Below, piece after piece: positions 48,610-57,669 of a stretch of 64,000 bases of DNA. The notes under the pieces are model-generated. The model saw only the letters and a program-made list of their open reading frames with translations. It was not told the origin of the DNA and did no database searches. Each line of letters opens with the position of its first letter. The stretch's first letter is position 1. The stretch comes from an uncultured Verrucomicrobiae bacterium (GTDB taxonomy: Bacteria > Verrucomicrobiota > Verrucomicrobiia > Limisphaerales > Palsa-1400): contig OY969763.1 of NCBI GenBank assembly GCA_963702845.1, positions 928,001-992,000 on the forward strand. Reading direction: 5' to 3'. The position numbers and the translations under genes are program-made.

Positions 48610-51567
48610 TTATGGCTTGCTGGCGACTTTTTGTGATACAGCCTTCCACGGCAAAACGCCGGTAGCCGACGCCCAATTGGCATACTGCCCGGAAAGCGCC
48701 CGAACTCTATCGGGGAATTCACTTGAAACATCCTTGGATTCCGTCCGGTCGGCGCTCACATCGTATAATTCCCATGGCTTTTCGTTTTTCGCGACTAACT
48801 TCCAATTATGTTGTCGCACCGCGCGATTGCCTTCGTGCTCCCAAAAAATCGTGCGTTCGAACTGAGATGTCTGGCCTGTGATCGCCGGAATCAAACTCAT
48901 GCCAGCCCAAGTCAGGATTCTCTGACCTTCTTCGGGAAGGGGATACATCGCATGTCCAAGTTCCATGGCAGTCGGCATCAAATCGATGACATGCCCGATC
49001 GTTGGTGTGATTGCGCCTGGTTTTGAAATGTGTCTCGGCCACGAAACGATCATCGGTGTCGCGATGCCGCCTTCGTGCACCCAATGTTTGTAGAGGCGAA
49101 ACGGTGTATTGCTGACGTTCGCCCACGGTGCACCGTAGCTTTGCCAAACGTCGTCGGCGCCCGCCAAAACATCCTTTCGCGCATTTCCGATTCGCACTTC
49201 GCGCCCATCCCTCATGCGCGTCGGGACGTCATACCAATTTTTCTGCAAATTCTCCGCGCACCCACCGTTGTCCGACAGAAAAATGACAACCGTGTTTTTA
49301 TCGAGGCGCTGCTGTTTCAGTTGCGCCAAAATCTTTCCGACACCGCGATCCATTCGCTCGACCATGGCCGCATAAACCGCCATGCGATTTGCTTCCCAAT
49401 CTTTGTTCGGCGCATCTTCCCAACGCGGCACGGCTGGATCACGGGGTGACAACGGCCATCGTGAATCAATCAACCCAAGTTTGATCAACTTCTCCTGCCG
49501 CCGTTGCCGAATCTCATCCCAGCCGACCTTGTAAGTCTCGCGATACTTCGCCACATCTTCCGCTGGCGCTTGCAAGGGCCAATGCGGCGCCGTATATGCG
49601 ACATACAAAAAGAACGGGTTCGAGTTCGTAGCAAAATTCGAGATGAAGTCAGTCGCGTGGTCGGAAATCGCATCTGTATAATAAAAGTTTGTCGCTGGCG
49701 CGCGAACAGGCGTGTTCCCATCGACTAAACTAAATGGGTCGTAGTAACTGCAAACCCCGTGGATCGTGCCGAAATATTTTTCGAATCCGCGCTGCAACGG
49801 CCAGTCATGCTTGTCGTCCCAATACGGATCGTTGTTCTCGAAATTCAACTGCGGCTTACCAGTAAAATTGATATGGCAAACGTGCCATTTGCCAACCATG
49901 CCGGTCTGATAACCTGCTCCTCGCAAAACCTCGGCCATCGTTACACAATTTTTGTTCAACTCGCCGTGATAGCCATCGGCGTGCATGTCGTCCATCATGT
50001 GCCCAATCCCGGCCTGGTGCGGATACAAGCCCGTCAGCAACGACGCTCGTGTCGGGCAACATCGACTCGTGTTATAGAACTGTGAAAACCGCAGACCATG
50101 CGCCGCGAGCTTGTCGAGGTTCGGCGTCGAAATCTCGGAGCCATAGCAACCCAGGTCTGAAAACCCGAGGTCATCCGCGAGAATCAAAACGATATTCGGT
50201 CGCGAGGCTTTTGCTGACGCCTCAACGTTTTCTTCACCTTGTGTTTTGCGCCAATCAGCCAATTGCTTCCGCAACGATTTTAGAGTGGGTTCGTATTTGG
50301 GATCTGTCGCCAAATTGTGCAGTTCATCCGGATCAGCTTGCACATCGTAAAACTCTTCCGCTGGTCGATGCTGGTCCGCCTCAATGCGTTCCGCCGCGAA
50401 CGAGTTCGTCTTGGATGCCCGCACCCAACTATCCCAATACAACCGGCCATCTCGCGATTCCGCGCTTGTAATGTGGCTGGTGTAAGGATGATCGGGGTCG
50501 ACATTCAGGATGTATTTATATTGCGCAGTGCGGATAGATCGGCAGGGGAATTGATTCATTCGACCGTCCGCGGTGTGGGCCGCAAAAATCGTGTCGCGAT
50601 GTTGGTCTGTTTTTCCCGATAACAAGCGCAGAAAACTTTTGCCATCAATCCCGCTCGGAGCCTTGCCACCGGCCGCTTCGAGAAATGTCGGCATGACATC
50701 CGTGAGTTGCACCATCGCGCTCGATCGCCCGGGCTTCACATGCCCAGGCCATCGAATCATGAAAGGCACGGCAATACCTGCGTCATACAATGTCCATTTG
50801 GCGTGCGGCCATTGCGCACCTTGATCGCTCGTGTAGAGAAACAGGGCGTCGCCATAGCCAAACTTCTCCATTGAATCCATGCACGCTCCGAGCGCGCGAT
50901 CCATGTGCGACACGCCCGTATAATATCGCGTTCGCGCCTGCCGCGTCTCCGGCGTGTCCACGAAATACGGAGGCAGATCAACCTTCGCCAGACCATAACC
51001 TTCGTTCTCGGGCCAGTAGACGTGCGGGTTCCAATCGGCCACAATCAAACACAACGGCTTATCGTGCTTTGCGGCGTGCTCGCGTAGGATTCGATTCACC
51101 GCATTCGTATCCAACCTGGCTGTCAATGGCGGCGCTTTTGGATCGACCTTCGCAGGGAAATATTCAAAGGGAAAACTTTTGTCGGGTCGAATGTCCGTTT
51201 TGCCTGCAATAACCACGCGATATCCGAGCGCATGAAAATGATCCGGCCACGTCTTCAATCCATCGCGCACCTGGCTATGATTCGCGTGCGCCCCGTTCCG
51301 CATCGGATCGACGCCCGTGAACAGCGCGCATCGTGATGGGGTGCAAGAAGGGGAATTCGCAAACGCACGATCGAACACCAGACTATCTTTCGCTAATCGA
51401 TCAAGATTTGGTGTGCGAACGACGGTGTTGCCGTAAGGCCCGGAATCTTTTTGCGAGTGATCGTCGGAAATGTAGATGACGATGTCCGGTTTCGACGTCG
51501 ACGCAACGGCAGTTAAACAAAGCGCGTAGATCGTCAGTGTGCTAACCAGAAATCGCCGCCACTTCAT
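48610..51567 (-). CDS. Secreted tandem double sulfatase
   Basis: Domain 1: ISDDH, CTPSR. Domain 2: RPNIVLILADDLGFSDLGCYG, CCPTRASLLTG, WEHEGNRA. Confidence 0.92.
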   Translation of the reverse strand: MKWRRFLVSTLTIYALCLTAVASTSKPDIVIYISDDHSQKDSGPYGNTVVRTPNLDRLAKDSLVFDRAFANSPSCTPSRCALFTGVDPMRNGAHANHSQVRDGLKTWPDHFHALGYRVVIAGKTDIRPDKSFPFEYFPAKVDPKAPPLTARLDTNAVNRILREHAAKHDKPLCLIVADWNPHVYWPENEGYGLAKVDLPPYFVDTPETRQARTRYYTGVSHMDRALGACMDSMEKFGYGDALFLYTSDQGAQWPHAKWTLYDAGIAVPFMIRWPGHVKPGRSSAMVQLTDVMPTFLEAAGGKAPSGIDGKSFLRLLSGKTDQHRDTIFAAHTADGRMNQFPCRSIRTAQYKYILNVDPDHPYTSHITSAESRDGRLYWDSWVRASKTNSFAAERIEADQHRPAEEFYDVQADPDELHNLATDPKYEPTLKSLRKQLADWRKTQGEENVEASAKASRPNIVLILADDLGFSDLGCYGSEISTPNLDKLAAHGLRFSQFYNTSRCCPTRASLLTGLYPHQAGIGHMMDDMHADGYHGELNKNCVTMAEVLRGAGYQTGMVGKWHVCHINFTGKPQLNFENNDPYWDDKHDWPLQRGFEKYFGTIHGVCSYYDPFSLVDGNTPVRAPATNFYYTDAISDHATDFISNFATNSNPFFLYVAYTAPHWPLQAPAEDVAKYRETYKVGWDEIRQRRQEKLIKLGLIDSRWPLSPRDPAVPRWEDAPNKDWEANRMAVYAAMVERMDRGVGKILAQLKQQRLDKNTVVIFLSDNGGCAENLQKNWYDVPTRMRDGREVRIGNARKDVLAGADDVWQSYGAPWANVSNTPFRLYKHWVHEGGIATPMIVSWPRHISKPGAITPTIGHVIDLMPTAMELGHAMYPLPEEGQRILTWAGMSLIPAITGQTSQFERTIFWEHEGNRAVRQHNWKLVAKNEKPWELYDVSADRTESKDVSSEFPDRVRALSGQYANWASATGVLPWKAVSQKVASKP

Positions 51568-51573
51568 AAGCGC

Positions 51574-52569
51574 TTACGAAATCCGAAACATCTTCTTGGC
51601 GTTTTCGTAAAGCAGCTTTCGCTCAATTGCCTTGCTGTTCGAAAGTTTGCGAACCAACGAAATTGTCGACGCACCGGAGCATCCGGCCCCGCGACCAATG
51701 GTATCGGTGCAATCACTTCCAAAAACCAGCTTGTCCTGGTGCCGTTCCAAAAATCCACGCGTATGATCCGGATCGCGCTTCAACGCATTGTTGCCCGAGC
51801 CCGCCGACAAATCGCCGAACATGTTGGGATAATCGCTCAAGTAACGGTCGGTGATTCCGCCAGGCGTCACCTTGCCGCTCGGATAGAGATGATGCGGATC
51901 ATTGTCGCACTTCTTGTCGATGTTCGCCCAAAACGTTTGCGCGTGGCCGATGAACTTCGTCTTCGGATATTTTTCCAGCATCTTGTAGAAGCGGTCGAAA
52001 CCGTAGTTGTAACTTCCGACCTGCCAGTGCATCAAAATTGGCACATTGTAGGTCTCGGCCAGTTTATAAAGCTTCTGCATCGCCGCGGAGTCGCAATCGA
52101 CGCCGAACTTCTGCTCCGCGATCATAACCGCACCAAGTTTCAAAAACTTTTCAATCGTGACCGGCGCTTCGTCCAAGTCCGCGACTTCATTCGCCGCAAA
52201 CAAAAACTCGCCCGGATACATCTTCGCGATTGCCATGCACGCCTCGTTGCTCGTGCACGTGCTCTCCAAACCGTTCGAGCGCCCTTGATGCGTTGACTCG
52301 CGAAGGACCGGTTTGCCCGACGGCAACAGAATCGTGGTCGTTGCGCCCATGTTGCGCTGGTGCGCAATCATCTGGTCATCGCTGCGGGCCGGCTTGATCT
52401 GCTGCCACGTCTTCTGGTCGCGTTGCCCGCCGTAATTAGTGTGTTGATGAATATCGATGATCGGCTCCGCTTTGCTTGCGGGGGCTGCACTCAAAGAAAA
52501 ACTTGAACCTGTTGCGGCTAAAGTGGACGTAATTAGGAACTGACGACGGGAAAAAGAATGGGCGCTCAT
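51574..52569 (-). CDS. Tat-exported amidohydrolase-family protein
   Basis: SRRQFL; IDIHQH; PILMH; IGHAQ; DLSAGSG; FGSD. Confidence 0.88.
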   Translation of the reverse strand: MSAHSFSRRQFLITSTLAATGSSFSLSAAPASKAEPIIDIHQHTNYGGQRDQKTWQQIKPARSDDQMIAHQRNMGATTTILLPSGKPVLRESTHQGRSNGLESTCTSNEACMAIAKMYPGEFLFAANEVADLDEAPVTIEKFLKLGAVMIAEQKFGVDCDSAAMQKLYKLAETYNVPILMHWQVGSYNYGFDRFYKMLEKYPKTKFIGHAQTFWANIDKKCDNDPHHLYPSGKVTPGGITDRYLSDYPNMFGDLSAGSGNNALKRDPDHTRGFLERHQDKLVFGSDCTDTIGRGAGCSGASTISLVRKLSNSKAIERKLLYENAKKMFRIS

Positions 52570-52628
52570 GCGAACTTCGATATTACGTGTACGTGCCTAT
52601 GCGGAAAGCGAAATTTTTTACAAATATC

Positions 52629-54065
52629 CTAATCAGCCGAATCGTCGGCATCGTCCATCCCAGGCCTCAGTCCAAACGCCGTCAACTTCTCCCGCATCGT
52701 CAATCGTGAAATGCCGAGCCACCGCGCCGCCTTGGCCTGGTTTCCGTGCGCCATTTGAATGGCTTGCGTGAACAACTCCCGTTCCATTCCTTCAAAGACC
52801 TTCGCGTAAACCCGATCCGACTCACCGCGCTTGGCCTTCGCCAGTAATTCGCCAATCCACGTGCCCATCGATCCATCAGTCTTGTCGGCGACGTGCGTCA
52901 CCTTCGACATTACTTGCCGAATGTGTTCGAGTGTGATTGTGTAACGCCGCGCCAGCAGCATCGCCTGGCGCACGACGTTCTCCAGTTCACGAATATTTCC
53001 CGGCCAAGGCTGTTCACGCAAAAACTCGAGCGCGTCCGGCTGAATCGATGTCTGCACGCCCAATTCGTTTCCGTATTTCTGCAGAAAATAACGCACCAGT
53101 GCCGGAATATCCTCCGCCCGTTGTCGCAAGGGCGGGAGTTGAACGCTCACTACGTTCAATCGATAAAACAAATCTTCACGGAACGTCTTCTCCGCAATCG
53201 CCGTCTCCAACTCCCGATGCGTCGCCGCGATTACACGCACGTTGATCGCGATGTTCTCCTTGCCGCCAAGCCGCTGGATGTAGCGCTCCTGCAATACTCG
53301 CAACAACTTCGCTTGCGTGCTCAAACTCATGTCGCCGATTTCATCCAAAAAAATTGTGCCGCGATCCGCCTGCTCGAAACGTCCAATGCGCCGTGTATCC
53401 GCTCCGGTAAATGCGCCGCGTTCATGCCCGAACAACTCACTCTCCAGTAACGTTTCCGGAATCGCTGCACAATTCACCGCCACGAACGCTTCGCCGATTC
53501 GATCGCTGTGCTGATAAATCGCGCGCGCAATCAACTCCTTGCCCGTGCCCGTCTCGCCGCGAATTAACACCGTCACCGGTTTTGCCGCGATACGCCCGAT
53601 CTCCTTATAAATCTGCTGCATGACGCGGCTGTTCCCGATGATCGCATTGCGCGCCGTCTCGGCGCCGCCAATCTCCACCGGTTCAGTCATCAACCGGCTG
53701 CTCTCGACCGCCTTGCCGACGAGATCAAGCATTTCCTCCATCTCGAACGGTTTCAGCAAATAATCATACGCACCAAGCTTGGTCGCCTCGATCGCCGTTT
53801 CCGTCGTTCCATGCGCCGTCATTAAAATGATCGGCAAACGGGGATTGAACGTGTGCAATTCCTTCACCAATTCGAGGCCGTTGATACCCGGAAGCTTGAA
53901 ATCGCTGATGACCAAATCGAACTTCCCCGCCTTTGCCTGCTGTAAACCCATATCCCCGCGGTCAGCCAACTCCACTGCATAACCCTCATCCACCAAAACC
54001 CGTTGTAACGCCGACAACGCACTCTGGTCATCTTCAATCAGTAAAATTTTTGGTCGAATCGGCAT
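52629..54065 (-). CDS. Sigma-54-dependent response regulator (REC-AAA+-HTH)
   Basis: LIEDD; SDFKLP; GETGTGKE; ESELFGHERGAFTGA; FREDLFYRL; WPGNIRELEN. Confidence 0.96.
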   Translation of the reverse strand: MPIRPKILLIEDDQSALSALQRVLVDEGYAVELADRGDMGLQQAKAGKFDLVISDFKLPGINGLELVKELHTFNPRLPIILMTAHGTTETAIEATKLGAYDYLLKPFEMEEMLDLVGKAVESSRLMTEPVEIGGAETARNAIIGNSRVMQQIYKEIGRIAAKPVTVLIRGETGTGKELIARAIYQHSDRIGEAFVAVNCAAIPETLLESELFGHERGAFTGADTRRIGRFEQADRGTIFLDEIGDMSLSTQAKLLRVLQERYIQRLGGKENIAINVRVIAATHRELETAIAEKTFREDLFYRLNVVSVQLPPLRQRAEDIPALVRYFLQKYGNELGVQTSIQPDALEFLREQPWPGNIRELENVVRQAMLLARRYTITLEHIRQVMSKVTHVADKTDGSMGTWIGELLAKAKRGESDRVYAKVFEGMERELFTQAIQMAHGNQAKAARWLGISRLTMREKLTAFGLRPGMDDADDSAD

Positions 54066-54169
54066 AAAAGTGCGCTGGGTAAGTTGACGGCATTTTGCTC
54101 CGTTTTTCAAGAACACCGCAACTCTCATAGTTTTTGACAGTCCGCCATCGAAACACGATTTTCAAGAAA

Positions 54170-54760
54170 ATGACACAGCCCGACGTCGCCAAAATTGCCG
54201 AACACTACCGCGCCATCCTCAAAGAAATCGGGGCCGATCTCGAAGCGGAAGGCATTCGCGAAACCCCCATGCGCGCCGCCAAAGCCCTCATTGAAATGAC
54301 CGAAGGCTCCCGCATGGGCACCGACCAACTCACAAAAATGTTTCAGGCCGAGTGCAACGTTGCTGTCTGTCACGATATGGTCATCGTCGAAGGCATTCGC
54401 GAAGTCGGTCTGTGTGAACATCATTTGTTGCCGATCTTAATGAACATCACGATCGCCTACGTGCCTGACAAAAAGATCCTAGGCCTCTCAAAACTATCAC
54501 GCATCGCCGGCTACTTCGCGCGCCGCCTTCAAAACCAGGAACGCACCGCCCATTCGATCGCGATATTCATCGAACAAATCGTAGAACCCTTGGGCGTCGC
54601 TGTATTAATCAATGGCAAACACATGTGCGCCATGGCCCGAGGGGTGCGCGATTCCCATTCCGTCATGAAAGTAAACGTCATGCACGGCTCGTTCCAAAAA
54701 GATCAAAATCTCCGCAACGAATTCCTCTCGCGCCTTTCGTCGGATAGTTCCGGTTTGTGA
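54170..54760 (+). CDS. folE: GTP cyclohydrolase I (divergent)
   Basis: RETPMRAA; CEHH; LGLSKLSR; RLQNQER; HMC..ARGV. Confidence 0.88.
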   Translation: MTQPDVAKIAEHYRAILKEIGADLEAEGIRETPMRAAKALIEMTEGSRMGTDQLTKMFQAECNVAVCHDMVIVEGIREVGLCEHHLLPILMNITIAYVPDKKILGLSKLSRIAGYFARRLQNQERTAHSIAIFIEQIVEPLGVAVLINGKHMCAMARGVRDSHSVMKVNVMHGSFQKDQNLRNEFLSRLSSDSSGL

Positions 54761-54870
54761 TCCCAAAACTGATTGCGCACAACGCAGCAGCGTTTTATGT
54801 CTCGCCCCATTGCTTTAGACAAAGCCTCGATTCGAAAGGATAGTTAAATAGGCATTAGGATCGAGGGTCT

Positions 54871-55596
54871 ATGGAATTACGGCTTCAAAACACGCGCGAG
54901 GAAACCGCCGATACAATATCTTTTCTGTTCGAACCGCCTGCGTCATTAAATTGGCAGGCTGGGCAATATCTCAAATATACTTTGCCTCATCCCAATCCGG
55001 ACGACCGCGGTCAGGAGCGATATTTCTCAATCGCCTCAGCCCCTCATGAGCAGACCGTCATCATCACGACTCGGTTTGCGACCCAAGGCAGTTCGTTCAA
55101 ACGTGCTTTACGCAGCCTGAAACCGGGCGATGCAATTACCGCCGACGCACTCGGCGGCGATTTTGTGCTGACCGATCTTCTTCACAACCACATCTTCGTT
55201 GCCGGGGGAATTGGCATCACCCCATTTCGCGCCATGCTTCTCGACCTGGATCATCGCGATGAACCGATTAACGTCACTCTCCTTTACGCCAACCGAACCG
55301 ATGAGTTTCCATACAAAGCCGAACTCGAGCGCCTGCGCGAAAAGCACGCCAGTTTTAATATCCACTACTTCGTTCGGCCGCGCCGGATTGACGAAAGTGT
55401 CATGCGCGATTTCTGTGATAAGTTGAAAAATCCATTCATCTACGTTTCAGGTCCTGAGCCAATGGTTGAAGCGTTCGACTCCATGCTGGCGCAAATGGGA
55501 ATCCCAGAATCAAACATCAAGAACGACTTCTTCCCCGGTTACGACTGGCCCGGTGACGAATTAACTACGCATCCAACGATGGCCGGAAAAGCTTGA
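54871..55596 (+). CDS. FAD/NAD(P)-dependent oxidoreductase (FNR-like)
   Basis: AGQY; RYFSIAS; AGGIGITPF; YVSGP; FPGY. Confidence 0.9.
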   Translation: MELRLQNTREETADTISFLFEPPASLNWQAGQYLKYTLPHPNPDDRGQERYFSIASAPHEQTVIITTRFATQGSSFKRALRSLKPGDAITADALGGDFVLTDLLHNHIFVAGGIGITPFRAMLLDLDHRDEPINVTLLYANRTDEFPYKAELERLREKHASFNIHYFVRPRRIDESVMRDFCDKLKNPFIYVSGPEPMVEAFDSMLAQMGIPESNIKNDFFPGYDWPGDELTTHPTMAGKA

Positions 55597-55703
55597 ACAA
55601 TGGTAGCTCTGCTCGGCGTCGCCGCCGGCAAAATCAGAAAAATCGATATCCCTCTTCAATTTTTCGATTACCGCTTTGTGCCGCGACCACGTCAGAGTGC
55701 GGC

Positions 55704-57476
55704 ATGCAAATCGAGCTATCAACCAAACGAACGGTTAACAGTTTTCGGAGCTTGCCCTTTCAGGCAGTTCCAACGAAACGCCGCATCACTATTTCTGTCG
55801 CGACCACAGAGCAGCGTGAGCGCATCTACCAAATCCGCCACGACGTTTTCGCCGACGAACTCCATCAACACGCGCCCAACGTCATAGGCAAACTCACCGA
55901 CCAACTCGACGCCTTCAACACCTACATCGTGGCCGAAATAGGTTCCGAACTCGTCGGCTTCGTCAGCATCACGCCACCGGGCCGAAACTATTCGATCGAC
56001 AAATACATCGAACGCGATGATTTGCCTTTTCTCGTGGACGAAGGTGTCTACGAGGTGCGCCTTTTGACGGTGCTGAAACCATTTCGCCGATCCGAAGTCG
56101 CCATGCAGTTGATGTATGCCGCCTTTCGTTCGATTGAATCGCACGGTGGCACGCGCATCGTTGGCATCGGACGCCGCGAGATCATGCCGATGTATCTCAA
56201 AGTCGGCCTCCAACCTATCGGCGTCACTGTTCACTCCGGCGACGTGACTTACGACGTGTTACACGCAACTGTGGGCGAGTTGCGCGGCACCGTGCAACGA
56301 TTCTCAGTCCTGTTCGACAAACTGGAAAAACAAACCGAGTGGCGCCTCGATTTTCTGTATCACAAACCCGCCGCCTGCTTTCACGGTGGCGCATTCTTTG
56401 ACGCCATTGGTGAAAAGTTCCAAACCCTCGACCGCCGCCACGATATCATCAACGCCGACGTCCTCGACGCATGGTTCCCGCCTTCGCCGAAAGTCACTGC
56501 AGTCTTGGAACAACACCTCCCCTGGCTCCTGCGCGCGTCACCTCCGACCGGTTGTGATGGTCTAATCGAAGCAATTGCCGAAGCCCGCGGGGTGGACCGT
56601 CGTTCGATCCTGCCAGGTGCCGGCTCCTCTGACCTCATCTTTCTCGCGCTGCGTCAGTGGCTCAAACCGACCTCCCGTGTTTTGATACTCGACCCGACCT
56701 ACGGTGAATACGCTCACGTCCTCGAGCGCGTCGTCTGCTGTCGTGTCGACCGATACACGCTCAATCGCGCTAACGGTTATCAAGTCGATCTCAACACGCT
56801 GCAAGGCCGTCTCGCGGCTCACGATTACGACTTGTTAGTCCTCGTGAATCCAAACAGCCCGACCGGCCGCCACATCGGCAAAACAGAACTACAAACATTC
56901 CTGCAGCGCATCCCGTCACGCACCAAAGTTTGGATTGACGAAACCTACATCGAATACACCGGCCCGAACCAATCTCTCGAATCATTCGCCGCACAATCCG
57001 AGAACGTCGTCGTCTGCAAATCCATGTCAAAAGTCTACGCTTTGAGCGGAGCCCGGGCCGCCTACCTCTGCGCGCCGCCGCATCTGCTCGAAGAACTGCG
57101 CTCCATCACCCCGCCGTGGGCCGTCAGCCTGCTCGGCCAGGTTGCCGCCGTGAACGCGTTGAACGATCCCGAATACTACACCAATCGCTACGCAGAAACC
57201 CATCGTCTACGCGAAGGTCTCGCAAATGAGTTGGAGTCGATGGGATTCGAAGTAATCCCCGGCGTCGCCAATTACTTACTCTGCCATCTACCTGACGATG
57301 CCCCAATTGCCGCCGACATCGTCCAACGCTGTCGCAAACAAAATGTGTTTCTGCGCGACGCATCGCCCATGGGCACCCAACTCGGCGACCGCGCCCTACG
57401 CATCGCAGTGAAAGACGCCGCCACCAACGCGAAAATCCTCGCTGCGTTGAAAAGATGTTCGAGCGTCGTCGGATAG
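55704..57476 (+). CDS. Fusion of a GNAT/acyl-synthase domain and a fold-I PLP enzyme (HisC/CobD-like)
   Basis: N-terminal IYQIRHDVFADEL..D.LD..VGFVSI..EVRLLTV..FR; C-terminal HGG, GAGSSDLI, PTYGEY, NPNSPTG, DETY, SMSK..ALSGAR. Start uncertain. Confidence 0.85.
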   Translation: MQIELSTKRTVNSFRSLPFQAVPTKRRITISVATTEQRERIYQIRHDVFADELHQHAPNVIGKLTDQLDAFNTYIVAEIGSELVGFVSITPPGRNYSIDKYIERDDLPFLVDEGVYEVRLLTVLKPFRRSEVAMQLMYAAFRSIESHGGTRIVGIGRREIMPMYLKVGLQPIGVTVHSGDVTYDVLHATVGELRGTVQRFSVLFDKLEKQTEWRLDFLYHKPAACFHGGAFFDAIGEKFQTLDRRHDIINADVLDAWFPPSPKVTAVLEQHLPWLLRASPPTGCDGLIEAIAEARGVDRRSILPGAGSSDLIFLALRQWLKPTSRVLILDPTYGEYAHVLERVVCCRVDRYTLNRANGYQVDLNTLQGRLAAHDYDLLVLVNPNSPTGRHIGKTELQTFLQRIPSRTKVWIDETYIEYTGPNQSLESFAAQSENVVVCKSMSKVYALSGARAAYLCAPPHLLEELRSITPPWAVSLLGQVAAVNALNDPEYYTNRYAETHRLREGLANELESMGFEVIPGVANYLLCHLPDDAPIAADIVQRCRKQNVFLRDASPMGTQLGDRALRIAVKDAATNAKILAALKRCSSVVG

Positions 57477-57495
57477 AACCCTTTCTTCTTCGAAA

Positions 57496-57527
57496 ATCCG
57501 TGTTTCATCGGTGTTTCATCCGTGGCT
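57496..57527. repeat. Short intergenic 11-mer repeat
   Basis: ATCCGTGTTTC ATCGGTGTTTC ATCCGTGGCT. Confidence 0.65.
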
Positions 57528-57669
57528 AAAACAGTCTTCGCATCCCCTAGGCCTTGGATCGGTTCCGCCGCTCAGTATTCAACCCTGCGCCTTGTCATGG
57601 GTTCACCTGATTTACAGTTGACTTCTTTCTCTTGAACAATTGGCCTATGCCTCTAAGGTGGAAAAACAA

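Noticed and set aside
13413..54760. Pterin/molybdenum gene cluster (phhB, Mo-carrier, XdhC, Mo-oxidoreductase, folE)
   Set aside because: Scattered over 40 kb on both strands among unrelated genes; no evidence of an operon.
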